Assembly: GCA_963663545.1 (NCBI GenBank)
Contig: OY760505.1
Coordinates: forward strand, 3,360,001-3,424,000
From: Candidatus Delongbacteria bacterium
GTDB taxonomy: Bacteria; CAIWAD01
Length of the DNA: 64,000 bases
Direction of reading: 5' to 3'
Position numbers and translations under genes: made by a program. The notes beneath the pieces are model-generated. The model worked only from the letters and a program-made list of their open reading frames with translations. It was not told where the DNA came from and searched no databases. Positions 47,662 through 58,350 of the stretch are shown one piece after another; position 1 is the first letter of the stretch; every line of letters begins with the position of its first letter.

Positions 47662-48578
47662 TGATTGCGGACAACCCCGCGCAGCTGCTGGAGATACTTG
47701 TCAGCACTGGTGTCGTCTCGATATCAGCCACCGCTACCAAGCTGTCTGCGCGCTCCTGGCGCATCAGCGATCTGTCGAGGGATAAATCGTTTACGGCGAA
47801 ACTCATTCCTGCCCAGGAACAGCAGCTGCTGCGCGGTCTGCGTGAGGCCCACGCGAATCCTCGGGCCATGCGTCCCCTGGTTCAGCCGGTCGACCGCATG
47901 ATTGAGTTTCCCACTGGCACCCTTGCGCTCTTGCCCTGGAGACGTGGTGATACACTGCGTGAGCGGGAGCGACAGCGGCTGCCGGAGTTCTTCGCGGGGC
48001 TGCGTTCCTGGCACAGGAAGAATGCGAAGCAGGCACCGCTCTACTCGCGTTTCACGAAGCAGAACTACCCCTCGATAGCACACTTCCTTGAAGGCGAAGT
48101 GCGCTTTCACATGGAGCTGGCCGGACTGCCAGGAACACCAAACGACTACCTCGACGGCCTCGCGGGTTTGCACCACGGCTTTGTCACCTACTGCCACGGC
48201 GATGTGCACCCGGGTAACATTCTCTTCGATGGCGAGGCCTTCACCCTGCTGGATCCCGAGTATGTGCATGTTGGGCTCAATCTGCTGGAACTGGACTACA
48301 TCGAGTTAGAGGGCGATGACGCTGACCCGGATGCCTGGTGGCAGATCGCGGAGTATGGTCGGGAATGCGTGGCCGCCTACTTTGCTGGCGATGGACATTC
48401 GGCAGAAGTCCTTTATAGAATCATGGGTAGCGTCAAGTTGCTGACCCTGATGCGCAGTGCGTCCAATTCGGTGCTGCATCAAACCGGCAACACGGAGGAG
48501 AGCGTCGCTAAGGTTTTTGATCTTCTACGAGCCAGTTGCGGAGAGGAAGGATCACAAGTGCAGATGGAGAAGCGATGA
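47661..48578 (+). CDS. APH/choline-kinase-family phosphotransferase
   Basis: CHGDVHPGNIL...LLDPE; start approximate. Confidence 0.8.
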   Translation: MIADNPAQLLEILVSTGVVSISATATKLSARSWRISDLSRDKSFTAKLIPAQEQQLLRGLREAHANPRAMRPLVQPVDRMIEFPTGTLALLPWRRGDTLRERERQRLPEFFAGLRSWHRKNAKQAPLYSRFTKQNYPSIAHFLEGEVRFHMELAGLPGTPNDYLDGLAGLHHGFVTYCHGDVHPGNILFDGEAFTLLDPEYVHVGLNLLELDYIELEGDDADPDAWWQIAEYGRECVAAYFAGDGHSAEVLYRIMGSVKLLTLMRSASNSVLHQTGNTEESVAKVFDLLRASCGEEGSQVQMEKR

Positions 48579-49306
48579 GCACTCACAGCCGGCCTCATCT
48601 TGACGCAAAGCACCTGGCCGTCTGGAACACGCAATCCAGCGGTCCGCTGTCCGTCTTTCCCGATGGCTGCCGTGATCTGATTGCCGTGCTTACTCCCACA
48701 GGCAAGGTCGCCGCCTTCTTCACCGGCCTGGATGCCGCGCCCTACCGGGTGGAAGCCGCACCGGGCACGCGCTATGTGGGCGTGCGTGTGCCAGCGGGCG
48801 TGACACAAAAAGCCAGCGCGGTATTGGGGACGGGGTTCGGTCAGGAGTTGCTTGACGCGGATCGCCTGTGCTGGACGCCTTCCTGCTTTGATCACCCGCA
48901 AGAGTTAGCCGGGCGCATGATCGAGCTGTTGCACGACAGCTTCAGTGCGCCTCTAAGCATCGTCGGTGACTTTCTGCAGGCACTACAGGAGCAACCAGCC
49001 TGTCTGCCCAGGCTGTCTCACAGCACGCGCACGCTGCGACGCCGTATCACGCAGGCCACGGGCCAATCGCCCCAGTTCTGGCTGAGGCTGTATCGCGCAC
49101 GCAGAGCAGGGCGTCTGCTCGTCACCACGCACGAATCGTTGGCTGAAATTGCGCTAAGAACGGGCTACTCCGATCAGGCACACATGACACGCGAGATGCA
49201 GCACTGGTTTGCGCACACACCTAGCGCTCTGCGCAGGGCTTCGGCAAGCACCCGCCATGCGCTCTGTGCGCCGGATGCTTTCACCGGTCTTGTCTGCATG
49301 CTTTGA
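48575..49306 (+). CDS. AraC-family transcriptional regulator
   Basis: PDGCRDL N-domain; LAEIALRTGYSDQAHMTRE HTH. Confidence 0.9.
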   Translation: MSTHSRPHLDAKHLAVWNTQSSGPLSVFPDGCRDLIAVLTPTGKVAAFFTGLDAAPYRVEAAPGTRYVGVRVPAGVTQKASAVLGTGFGQELLDADRLCWTPSCFDHPQELAGRMIELLHDSFSAPLSIVGDFLQALQEQPACLPRLSHSTRTLRRRITQATGQSPQFWLRLYRARRAGRLLVTTHESLAEIALRTGYSDQAHMTREMQHWFAHTPSALRRASASTRHALCAPDAFTGLVCML

Positions 49307-49417
49307 CCAGAATCACCCGAATCCCTGTGTGACACACCTTCTTCCGTAGGATCGGAGCGCGCTGCCGATATTTGTGATACAACGCAGACCAGGCGGATTC
49401 GCTATCCGGTTTCACAA

Positions 49418-49819
49418 CTACGCTTCCAGGAAGTAGGGCTTGAACTCCTCACTGGGTTCGATTTCGTGATAGCAGTAGACGACAATGCCGCTCGGGTCCA
49501 GCAAGCCAAAACCCCGATCGCCCCAGGGGTGATCCTCAAGCGGAATCATTGTTTCCAGCCCGGACTGTGTCAGCCGCGCGTACACTTCGTCCGCATTTGT
49601 CACACGCAGGTTGAGTGTCACGCCGCCCCTGAATTCCGGAGCGCCGTTCTGTGGCTCCATCAGGCAGACTTCCGCTTCTGGCTTCTGTCCGGGAAAACGA
49701 AGGACCACGTACCAACCACAATCGAAGACGGTGCGGGCATCGAAGTGCTGTTCGTAGAAGTGGCGGCTGGCCTGCAGGTTTACTGTGGTGAAGGTGGTGC
49801 TGATGGCTAGGGGCGACAT
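49418..49819 (-). CDS. VOC/glyoxalase family protein
   Basis: FYEQHF and DHPWGDRGFGLLDPSG motifs. Confidence 0.88.
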   Translation of the reverse strand: MSPLAISTTFTTVNLQASRHFYEQHFDARTVFDCGWYVVLRFPGQKPEAEVCLMEPQNGAPEFRGGVTLNLRVTNADEVYARLTQSGLETMIPLEDHPWGDRGFGLLDPSGIVVYCYHEIEPSEEFKPYFLEA

Positions 49820-50172
49820 GGCTGACCTCAGTTTTGGATTGTGATACACGATCAAGGCCTCAAGGTAGCTGCAGGACTCGTGACAGTCTTGAAGAATTCG
49901 GCCAGCGGAAGTGAGTCAATCGCCGTGATACAGACTGTGAGCTCTGCTATCTTGGAACCGGACCTTTGGTGATGGGCCATCGGACAGCTGCGCAATCCGG
50001 ATCTCGACATGAACATTCGCTATCGCTCCATCTACGGCGAGGAATGGACTTTGATGGGATCGAAGCCCTACCTGCAGAAAGTGAAATAGACGCCAGCGCT
50101 GCCAATTCCAGTCTTGTATTACAATGGAGAGAGTTCGTGCTCGAACGCCGATTTGCAGAAACAGAGGATGCC

Positions 50173-50850
50173 ATGAGCCGCAGAAAATTCACTCTACAGG
50201 AAACCCTCTCCCTGGGCTATCTGCTGCTGATTCTGCTGGGGCTGATCAGCGATGTGATCTACTACAAGATTCTGGGCGTGGACATCCTGGGCTACGTGGA
50301 TCTGCTGGATGTGCTGCTCTCGCCCGTCAGCATCGTCACCGAGGATCTGGCAACGGCCATCGCTTTCACCGCCGTGATTGGCGGCTGTTACTTCTTCGTC
50401 GCAGTCATCGGCATGCGTCTTCATCGCCGTTTTCGTGATCGTCGCTGGTACCAGCGCTTGAACAACATGGAGAAAGCGGACAAGCTCTACGACGAGAATG
50501 ACCCCAGCGAGCGTCGAATGCTGGTGGTCTTCATGGTGGTTTCCATGTTCCTGGGCTTCGGCAGCGCGCGCGGTGTGTTCACTAAGCAGGACCTTCGCGA
50601 TCAGCCCTTCAGCGCTACACACATCCTGAGCTTCAGCAGCGGAGAAGAACTACCCGTGCACCTGGTGGGGCAGAACAGCGCCTACCTCTTCTACTTGCCT
50701 GAAGGGCAGCAGGTGGTTTCCATTGCGCCCATCGCACAGAATGTTCGCGAGATTCGCAAGGTGGTCAAGGAGGAAGAATCCCAGTCGAGTCTGGAGTTTG
50801 CGCCAGATCCGGCTGAAGAGGAAGTGTCCCAAGAAAGGCCAACAGGATAA
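50173..50850 (+). CDS. Hypothetical membrane protein
   Basis: RBS gagga, three TM segments, VGQNSAYLFY. Confidence 0.7.
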   Translation: MSRRKFTLQETLSLGYLLLILLGLISDVIYYKILGVDILGYVDLLDVLLSPVSIVTEDLATAIAFTAVIGGCYFFVAVIGMRLHRRFRDRRWYQRLNNMEKADKLYDENDPSERRMLVVFMVVSMFLGFGSARGVFTKQDLRDQPFSATHILSFSSGEELPVHLVGQNSAYLFYLPEGQQVVSIAPIAQNVREIRKVVKEEESQSSLEFAPDPAEEEVSQERPTG

Positions 50851-51085
50851 ATTGCACCCTGACTACAGAGTTTACCCCCGAGGTTCGTAACAGGATGTGC
50901 TGCAGCGCCCTTTCATCTCAGTGTAAATGGTGTGGCGTTGCTAGTGCTCGGGCTTCTGTTTCGTGTACTAAGAAAGAGCGGACCTTCGTCCGCTCCTGAG
51001 TATCGTAGAATGCTGTCCGATTTCGACTCCGATATCGATAGCAATCCTGCCGCTTGCGGCAGGCACCAATACCGATGAAGAGGGA

Positions 51086-53293
51086 TTAGTTCATTGCGCC
51101 GATCCGGACGCGCAGGGGATTGGAACCCGCTGGCAGCCGATCTTTGTGGGTGTTCGTTCCTTCGTTGTCGAAAACCAGCACGCCGTACTTGCCGTAATGC
51201 GGCACTTTGCGCGCCATGTAACCCAGGTTGTCCGGCGTGCTGACGAAGAAGAGCAGTGCGCCCGTTTCCTCGTTGGCCTTAGCCTTTAGCGCCAACACCA
51301 GATTGTCCTGCTGCCAGTTTCCTTCAATGCCAGCCACACTGAAACCCTCTTCACTGCGGCGGAAGGGTAGAAACTCTGTGCCTGCGGGCAGCTCGGGCGG
51401 ATTGACACAGATCAGGCTGCGGGAGGCCAGTGCCTCTTTGGTGTCCACTTGAGACCAGCCGCGAATCTGCAGCTCCTCGGCATCGGTGAGACGCGAGGCG
51501 AAAGCTCGCAGGTGTTCCATGTGGCCTGTATCACGCAACCAGGCATCGGGAACCACCAGCAGCGGAGTTTCGTCGGCCAGACACAGACTGATGCTGGCTT
51601 CGATTTCACCCGCGTCCAGGCGGCGGAAGATGTCGTTGTCGGGATCAAGCAGCAGCTCGCGTGGCTCCGGTACTTCCAGAGCGAAATCCAGCACTGAGTC
51701 CTGCATCAACAGATTGCGCTCAATGACGTCGCCGTTGTGACACACGACGCGTAGCGGAAGATCCAGCTCCCAGACAAAGCCGTCACTAAGGGAAGTGTCC
51801 TGCGTGATACGGCCATGAACGCGCTGAACGCCGTCTTCGTCGGTGCGCCAATCCACATCGCTCAGTTCAAGACTGGGCGCTCCGCTGTGATACAGCCACT
51901 GTTCCTTGAAACGGCTTAGGTCGACTCCGCCCTCTTCCTCGAAGAGCTGAAAGAGCGTAGAGAAGTTTACACGCTCACCCAGATGCTCGGCGGCCAGACG
52001 GCGCAAGGCCTGGTCAAAGGCTTCCTGACCAATGACGCGGCACACCATGTGAAAGACCATCATCGACTTGCCATAGCCAATGGCGCGGCTGGCTCCGTCG
52101 TGCCGGGCGCGGAAGTCCACCAGCGGCTCATCACTGCCTTCGCGTACCTGGCTGCGCCAGCTTTGCAGCAGATCGCGACGATAGGCCTGAGCCTCTTCAG
52201 GACCTTCTTCCAGCTTGTAATAGTAGTCGGCGCCGTAGACGGTAATTCCTTCGCACCAGTTGCCCTCGCTGTCATCGACCATCACGCCGTTGCCCCACCA
52301 GTTGTGCAGCCACTCGTGTCCCAGGCTGGTGTAGGGGATGTAGGGCATTCGTATCACCTGGCTGCCCAGCGCGGTCCACGAAGGCATGCCGTAGCCAGCG
52401 GGGAAGAAGGCTTCCACGACGGCGAACTTGCTGAAGGGGTAGGCGCCAAAGCGCTCGCTGTACAGCTCCAGATAGCGGCGATTCATGCGCTGGTAGGTCG
52501 AAAGAATCTGCTCGCGGTTGACAGGACCGAAGGGCCCCATGCTTTGCGCCTCGTCCCACCCTTCGCGCAGCAGCCAGAGGCTAAGATCGACGCCATTGAC
52601 GGTCTCGCGTGTCACATCGTACGGACCGGCCAGCACACTGGCGTTTTCAGCAGGCAGTTCCCCTTGCCAGCTCACATGATGACGTCCGTGTGTCACCACA
52701 TCGCGCACCAGGCGTCCCTGCGATATGCCCTCCCAGTCGGCGGGGAGATCGAGGTGAATGCGAAAGGTGCTGAGCAGGTCGCTGCGAAAACCGGGATACC
52801 AACCGGCTCCTGCGGATAGCCAGGCGCCGCCTGCGGCGACGGTTGCCTGCAACTCCGCGGCGACGGTTTCATGGCCGAAGCGTACCTCGTCCAGGTCCTG
52901 ATAAAGATCGCCCTCGTATTGGATCACCAGTAGACCGGAACCGGGTTCGGTTGCCCTGGGCAGAAACCATGTATCACAAGCGGCTGGATTGTCGCTTTCG
53001 TCGGTACGCACACGCACCAGTTTTGTGGCCTTGATGGGCTTGCCGTTCAGCACCACGTTTGTCAGATCCAGTTGGTGATTCAATTCGAAGAAGCCCAGGC
53101 TGCCGGTGAAGCTGAGACTGTCGACGAAGCTGGCGCGGTGTTGCTCCGGATCAAGCGTGATACTCAGCGCGTGCTCTTCGAGGGAAACAACCTGTGGACA
53201 TCCGGGGCCGGGAATCTGGCAGAGCATGCTTCCGCCGCTGCAACCAAGCAGAACAAGACCCGCTGTCAGACTGAGTCCGATTGTGTATTTCAT
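51086..53293 (-). CDS. M1-family aminopeptidase lipoprotein
   Basis: Lipobox LLGC; GYGMP, HEWLHNWWGN...EG and Y.K motifs. Confidence 0.88.
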   Translation of the reverse strand: MKYTIGLSLTAGLVLLGCSGGSMLCQIPGPGCPQVVSLEEHALSITLDPEQHRASFVDSLSFTGSLGFFELNHQLDLTNVVLNGKPIKATKLVRVRTDESDNPAACDTWFLPRATEPGSGLLVIQYEGDLYQDLDEVRFGHETVAAELQATVAAGGAWLSAGAGWYPGFRSDLLSTFRIHLDLPADWEGISQGRLVRDVVTHGRHHVSWQGELPAENASVLAGPYDVTRETVNGVDLSLWLLREGWDEAQSMGPFGPVNREQILSTYQRMNRRYLELYSERFGAYPFSKFAVVEAFFPAGYGMPSWTALGSQVIRMPYIPYTSLGHEWLHNWWGNGVMVDDSEGNWCEGITVYGADYYYKLEEGPEEAQAYRRDLLQSWRSQVREGSDEPLVDFRARHDGASRAIGYGKSMMVFHMVCRVIGQEAFDQALRRLAAEHLGERVNFSTLFQLFEEEGGVDLSRFKEQWLYHSGAPSLELSDVDWRTDEDGVQRVHGRITQDTSLSDGFVWELDLPLRVVCHNGDVIERNLLMQDSVLDFALEVPEPRELLLDPDNDIFRRLDAGEIEASISLCLADETPLLVVPDAWLRDTGHMEHLRAFASRLTDAEELQIRGWSQVDTKEALASRSLICVNPPELPAGTEFLPFRRSEEGFSVAGIEGNWQQDNLVLALKAKANEETGALLFFVSTPDNLGYMARKVPHYGKYGVLVFDNEGTNTHKDRLPAGSNPLRVRIGAMN

Positions 53294-53300
53294 GATGCAC

Positions 53301-55925
53301 CTAATAGATGAGTACGGTTTGCCAGTTCACACTGCCAAGATAACGCTTTGCCAGTTCCTGTACTTCAGCCTGTGACACTTCCTGAAGTGCAGCCAGTTCC
53401 GTCGCGTGTCCGCCTGGTTCGTGAGCCAGTTCATCCAAGGCCAGGTAGCGCGCGCGGTTGATGCTGGTCAGCCGGCGCATGCGATCGCCACCCAGAATGC
53501 GCAGGCGAGCCAGGTTCAGCTCTTCGGCCGTGACACCCTCGCGGCGCAGCTGCTTCAGCTCGTTCTGAATCAACTCGCGGGCCTCGTCCAGATTCTGCGC
53601 GCGGCTGTCCATCCAGATCCAGAAGGCCTCGCGCTCGTTATTCAAGGCGCTGGCGGCAGCACCGACACTGTAGGCCAGGCCACGTTCTTCACGCAAATGC
53701 GTTGCCAAGCGCGACGAGAGCACGGCGCCCAGCAGCCGCAAGCCAGCCTGCTCGTCCTTGCGGACCTCGATAATGCTGCCCATACGCAGCGCGCCCTGTG
53801 AGGCGGAAAGCGTGTCACACAGCACAGTGGTTTCCGTGCAGAGTGCAGGCATGAAGGCGCCGCTTTTCAGCGTGCCCTCATCGTTGAGGAATGTAGTGCG
53901 CCAGGATAGTGTCTCACACCAGGCCAGATCCTGCGACGACGGATCACGGGCCGGGATGGCTTCGCTCCAGAACCGGCGCAGACTGTCAGCAGACACAGGA
54001 CCGCAAGCGGCCAGAATCAGGTTGTCCGGGCGTGTCACAATCGACTGCAGCTGCACCAGGCTACTACTGTCCACAGCGGCCAGCGTACGCATTGTGCCAC
54101 CCGCTTGCAGCTCAAGGGGGGTGTCGGCAAAAAGCAGGTGGTTCAGCTTTTCATCCGCCAGCTCGCCGGCCTGAGACGCATTGCGCCGCAGGGCCATTAG
54201 CAGCGGACGAGTGGCCGCCGCTACAGCATCGCTTGTGATACGTGGTGAAAGCAGCATTTCCTGCAGCAACTCGCAACCGGCACGCCAGTTGGCGGGTGGC
54301 AGCTCCATACGCAGAAAAACGTGGCCATTGCTGGTCTGGTAGTCGTCAAAGGGAATCCAGGGATTATCGTACAGCGTGAAGCTGGCTCCCAGCTCGCGAA
54401 TGCGTGCTTCCAACGTCGTCTCGTCGTGATCCAACGTGGCCGTAGCTCGCAGGTGTTGCAGTACTTCAAGTGCGCCTGCTAGTTGCGGCCCTTCCCAGAC
54501 GCTGCGTCCACGCAACACTACTTGCATGGCAAAGAGCTCGCTGCGTCCCAGGCTGTCCACGACTAGTGTGACACCGTTTTCCAGCTCTCCGCGCCAGAAC
54601 TCTTGCCGGTTGGCAGCTGCGGCATCTTGGGGCGGAGTCAGCAGCATGCTCATCGGCTCGTGGCATAAATAGTCGCTTGCACACAATCGTAGATCAGCGG
54701 GCGAAAGCTCGGCCAGCATCGAAGGCATGCTCAGGGCCCAATCGAAGCTGCGCGTACTAAAAGCGTCTGCATACATCATAGAGAAGAAGTGGGGTCGTTC
54801 GCGGTGCCGGGCCATTTCGGTGCGCGCTTCCAGCGCCAAGGCCGCCAACTCTTCCTGAGTGAATTCGGCAGAACCAAGTGCTGCAGCCGCTTGCCAGAGG
54901 GCCTGTCGTGCATTCTTGGCTGATAGCTCGCCCCTTAGCTGCGCCTTCACTTCAAAGGTTGCGGCAGCGGGTGTATCACTGTAGCTGAATTCAACACGTT
55001 CAAATGCGCCGGGCCAGTCGCGATCAAGCGTTGCCTCAAGCACATTCGCGCCGAGCTCACTCAGGGCTTGAGCCGCCAGTGTCCCTTCTTCGTCCAGTGC
55101 TGGCGCGGGCCAGGCGAGGCGCAGACTTTCGCTGACTCCCGCCACTTGTCGCTGCAGGAAACCCGGCTGCAGCGCAATGGGCACACGCTGGTGTGCTGGC
55201 ATGTCGACGCCCGGTAGGGTGCCGAAGTACTCGTTCAGCAGCTCGCGCGCTTCCCCTGCCTCAAAATTGCCCACGACTTCCATCACCGTGTTGGCGGGTG
55301 AATACCAGTGCTTGTACCAGTTAAAGATTGTATCACGATCCAAGCTGGAGATGTTGGCGACGCTCCCAAGGGCAGGTCCGGCGGCACTGCTGCCGTGAAC
55401 CAGCTCTGCCTGCCACGCGGCCTCGGCGGGATCCTCCCGGCTCTGATCTCCGGCGAGTTCTTCCAGAATAATGCCGCGCTCAATCTCGACGCGCTCGGCG
55501 GGCATGGTGGAGTGAAAGAGCATTTCGCTTTGCACTTCCATGGCCAGACGCAGGTCTTCGGCGGGCATCAGCACCATGAAGTTCGTGTAGGTCGCAGCGG
55601 TGTTGGCGTTGTTGTAGCCACCGCGGGAATCCACCAGGTCGTACAGTTCCTGCTGACTGTAGCGCTCACTGCCGCCAAAGAGCAGGTGTTCCAGCATGTG
55701 ACTCACGCCTTTGCGGGACCACTCCTCATCGTTGGTGCCCACACCCACTTGCGCACAGCAAGCGACAACCGGAGAGGCCGGGTCAGGCAGCAGCAATACG
55801 CGCAGACCGTTATCCAGCGTCAGTATTTCAGCACCGGCAGGTAGTGTGCTCAAAGGTGTGTTTGCCATGGCCAGGCTAAATGCTCCCAGCAGTAGCGGGA
55901 GATAAAGTGAGGACGAGGTTCTCAT
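53301..55925 (-). CDS. M16 (pitrilysin-family) zinc peptidase
   Basis: LDNGLRV, HMLEHLLF, NANT and LREERGLAYSV motifs; start set at ATG 55925. Confidence 0.9.
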   Translation of the reverse strand: MRTSSSLYLPLLLGAFSLAMANTPLSTLPAGAEILTLDNGLRVLLLPDPASPVVACCAQVGVGTNDEEWSRKGVSHMLEHLLFGGSERYSQQELYDLVDSRGGYNNANTAATYTNFMVLMPAEDLRLAMEVQSEMLFHSTMPAERVEIERGIILEELAGDQSREDPAEAAWQAELVHGSSAAGPALGSVANISSLDRDTIFNWYKHWYSPANTVMEVVGNFEAGEARELLNEYFGTLPGVDMPAHQRVPIALQPGFLQRQVAGVSESLRLAWPAPALDEEGTLAAQALSELGANVLEATLDRDWPGAFERVEFSYSDTPAAATFEVKAQLRGELSAKNARQALWQAAAALGSAEFTQEELAALALEARTEMARHRERPHFFSMMYADAFSTRSFDWALSMPSMLAELSPADLRLCASDYLCHEPMSMLLTPPQDAAAANRQEFWRGELENGVTLVVDSLGRSELFAMQVVLRGRSVWEGPQLAGALEVLQHLRATATLDHDETTLEARIRELGASFTLYDNPWIPFDDYQTSNGHVFLRMELPPANWRAGCELLQEMLLSPRITSDAVAAATRPLLMALRRNASQAGELADEKLNHLLFADTPLELQAGGTMRTLAAVDSSSLVQLQSIVTRPDNLILAACGPVSADSLRRFWSEAIPARDPSSQDLAWCETLSWRTTFLNDEGTLKSGAFMPALCTETTVLCDTLSASQGALRMGSIIEVRKDEQAGLRLLGAVLSSRLATHLREERGLAYSVGAAASALNNEREAFWIWMDSRAQNLDEARELIQNELKQLRREGVTAEELNLARLRILGGDRMRRLTSINRARYLALDELAHEPGGHATELAALQEVSQAEVQELAKRYLGSVNWQTVLIY

Positions 55926-56557
55926 TGAGGGGCCTTCCATTCGGGACTAAGGGAGAAGAACGATACTAATTCGTGCGAGGGAGCGCTGCCATGGACGTGA
56001 TACAGAGCGTGCATTCCGGTGGCGCGTGCCGCTTGCACATTATCCTCGTTGTCATCTACGAAATGCACTGTATCGGAGGGTTCTGCTAGGGCCGCCAGCG
56101 CGCGAGTGTAACACGCAATATCAGGTTTCATGGCGCCCAATTCACAAGAGGCAAGCCAGTGCCGAAGAGACGCAAGCTCAGTGAAGGAGCGCTTCATGTG
56201 ATCCAGATGCCAGGGATCAGTGTTCGAGAGGCAGGCGAGTGTCCAACCGTCATCATCCAACACCGATAACAGCTCCGCCATCGGACGATTGACACCGCCG
56301 AGCAGTGAGCACCAGGCGGCTCTTAGCCGCTCCACTTCCGTGTTTCGGGGCTTCAGTGTGTCACGCAGCCAAGAGTAGAACGCGTCTATGCCAAGTCTTC
56401 CAGAATTCCAGTCAAGCACTTCCCGGGAGGCTGCCAGCTTGCTTCGCAGCGTATCACGGGGCACACCTAGTGACTCCCAGGCCAGCGCGAATGCCTCGTG
56501 ATCTAAATGCACAAGCACACCGCCAAGATCAAAGAGTGCGACACGGTCAGCGGGCAT
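55922..56557 (-). CDS. HAD-family phosphatase (YihX-like)
   Basis: FDLGGV, LSNT, KP and FVDD motifs. Confidence 0.9.
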   Translation of the reverse strand: MPADRVALFDLGGVLVHLDHEAFALAWESLGVPRDTLRSKLAASREVLDWNSGRLGIDAFYSWLRDTLKPRNTEVERLRAAWCSLLGGVNRPMAELLSVLDDDGWTLACLSNTDPWHLDHMKRSFTELASLRHWLASCELGAMKPDIACYTRALAALAEPSDTVHFVDDNEDNVQAARATGMHALYHVHGSAPSHELVSFFSLSPEWKAPQ

Positions 56558-58133
56558 TGTCTGGCTCCGCCTGTGTGCGCGCCGTCAGTGTCCAGGCCAG
56601 GAAGAGGGCTTCGACCCCCAGGAAGATTCCCAGCTTGAGCGGAACCGTGGACGCATCGCCCTGTGCGTAACTGTGCAATCCGCTCAGATAGTAGTTGACA
56701 CCGAAGTAGGTCATCAGCACCACCAGCAGGCCCAGAATGGAAGCCACCGCACTGCCGCGCTGTTTGAGCCAGCCCGTGAGACGACCGTGGAGCAGGGCCA
56801 GATAGAAGAAGAAAGTGATCAGGCTCCAGGTTTCCTTCGGGTCCCAGCCCCAGTAGCGGCCCCAGGCCACGTTGGCCCAGACCGAGCCCAGAATGATGCC
56901 CAGCGCCAAGGTCAAGGTGCCCAACTGCAAACAGCGGTAGGTTAGTTGGTCAATGAGTTTGCGGTCGGCGTGTGATGCACCGCGGCGGTTCATCCACAAC
57001 CAGACGTGGCCCAACGCCGCGGCCACCAGAAAGGCGCCATAGCTGAAGGTGACTACCGTAACGTGCAGCGTCAGCCAGTAACTGCGTAACACGGGCACCA
57101 GCGGATTGATGCTGATGTCGATGGTGCTATCCAGCGCGTAACTCAGAGTCAGTGCTCCCAGCAGCCCGGCCAGCAGTAGCAGGAAGTCCTTGTGAGTGAG
57201 GTGATTGAACAGCAACAGCAGGATCTGCAGCGACCAGATAACGAAGGCCAGCGATTCGAACAGATTGGATACCGGAGCGCGTCCTGTGATCAGCGTGATA
57301 CAAGCCAGTCCAGTTGTCAGCAGCAGCAGACCTAGCCATTGCAGCAAATACGTACTCTTGCGCAACAAAACAGCAGGCTTCGCCAGCAAGGCCAAACTCA
57401 GCAGTGATACAAGGATGTAGACGATCCAGGCCTTGTGAAAGGGCTGCAGTCGATTGTAGAAGAGCTCGGTAGAAAGCTGGCGCTCACTGGGTATGGTGCC
57501 TTGACCGCGTGATACAGCCACTTGGCGAATGCTTGCCAGTGCTTGGTCAAAGGCCGTCTGATTCTCACTGTGGCCAGCCGTCAGCAGCTGCTCCCAGCTA
57601 GCCGAAGTCGCAGGTGAGTCCGCCGGATTTGTCCAGGCACCCTGTCGGTGGCCTGTGTCCGGCACTAGCGGCCAGTCGCCCGAAAGGAGCTCTTCGAAGC
57701 GCATCATGCGACTCAGCAGTTCCTGACCGGTTCGAGTGAGGCGCGCTGGCGCGTGTCCGCTGTCCAGGCGATGCCAAAGCTCCCGCAAACCGCTTCCGCT
57801 GAGCTGGTGATAGCTGTAGCGTTTGCCCTCTCGCGGTACTCCCAGCATGTCTTTGAGCTGCGGATCATCCAGCCGGATCATCGGTACATCGGACCAGTAA
57901 TCCGGGTGCAGCGCGATCTGCAGTGCGAGGTCGCTGGCCTGGTAACGTTGTCCGTCAACACGCGGATGCGAGCGGCCGTAAATGGCGCGCGCGCTCTCCC
58001 AGGCCCAGGTGTCAAATGGCTTGACGCGACCATTGTCCAGCACGGGCATTTTGGCCAGCTCGCTGGAGTCCAGTGCAATGGCCCAGCCGGGAAGAAGACA
58101 GAAGAACAGAAGTAGGGTGGCGAAGGCTCTCAT
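56547..58133 (-). CDS. ccsA: Cytochrome c biogenesis system II protein
   Basis: GRVKP.DT, GRAP, PVLRSYWL..H, WGRYWGWDPKETW and GLHSY motifs. Confidence 0.92.
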   Translation of the reverse strand: MRAFATLLLFFCLLPGWAIALDSSELAKMPVLDNGRVKPFDTWAWESARAIYGRSHPRVDGQRYQASDLALQIALHPDYWSDVPMIRLDDPQLKDMLGVPREGKRYSYHQLSGSGLRELWHRLDSGHAPARLTRTGQELLSRMMRFEELLSGDWPLVPDTGHRQGAWTNPADSPATSASWEQLLTAGHSENQTAFDQALASIRQVAVSRGQGTIPSERQLSTELFYNRLQPFHKAWIVYILVSLLSLALLAKPAVLLRKSTYLLQWLGLLLLTTGLACITLITGRAPVSNLFESLAFVIWSLQILLLLFNHLTHKDFLLLLAGLLGALTLSYALDSTIDISINPLVPVLRSYWLTLHVTVVTFSYGAFLVAAALGHVWLWMNRRGASHADRKLIDQLTYRCLQLGTLTLALGIILGSVWANVAWGRYWGWDPKETWSLITFFFYLALLHGRLTGWLKQRGSAVASILGLLVVLMTYFGVNYYLSGLHSYAQGDASTVPLKLGIFLGVEALFLAWTLTARTQAEPDNAR

Positions 58134-58350
58134 TCTCGATCCTGTTGTTAGTAGCAAATAATGTAGGGATCGCGAGGGTCGTCATCCAGTGTACTGATTT
58201 CATCAATCATCAGCGCTATAACGCAGTTCGTTTCCCCTGCATGAAGATTGCACTGTCCTCGTATCTGCAGTGGTTTCTCTTTGCATAACGATGAAATGTC
58301 AACAACTTGACAAGCGTCACTCACCCACGGAATCGGATCGGGAGAATTCT

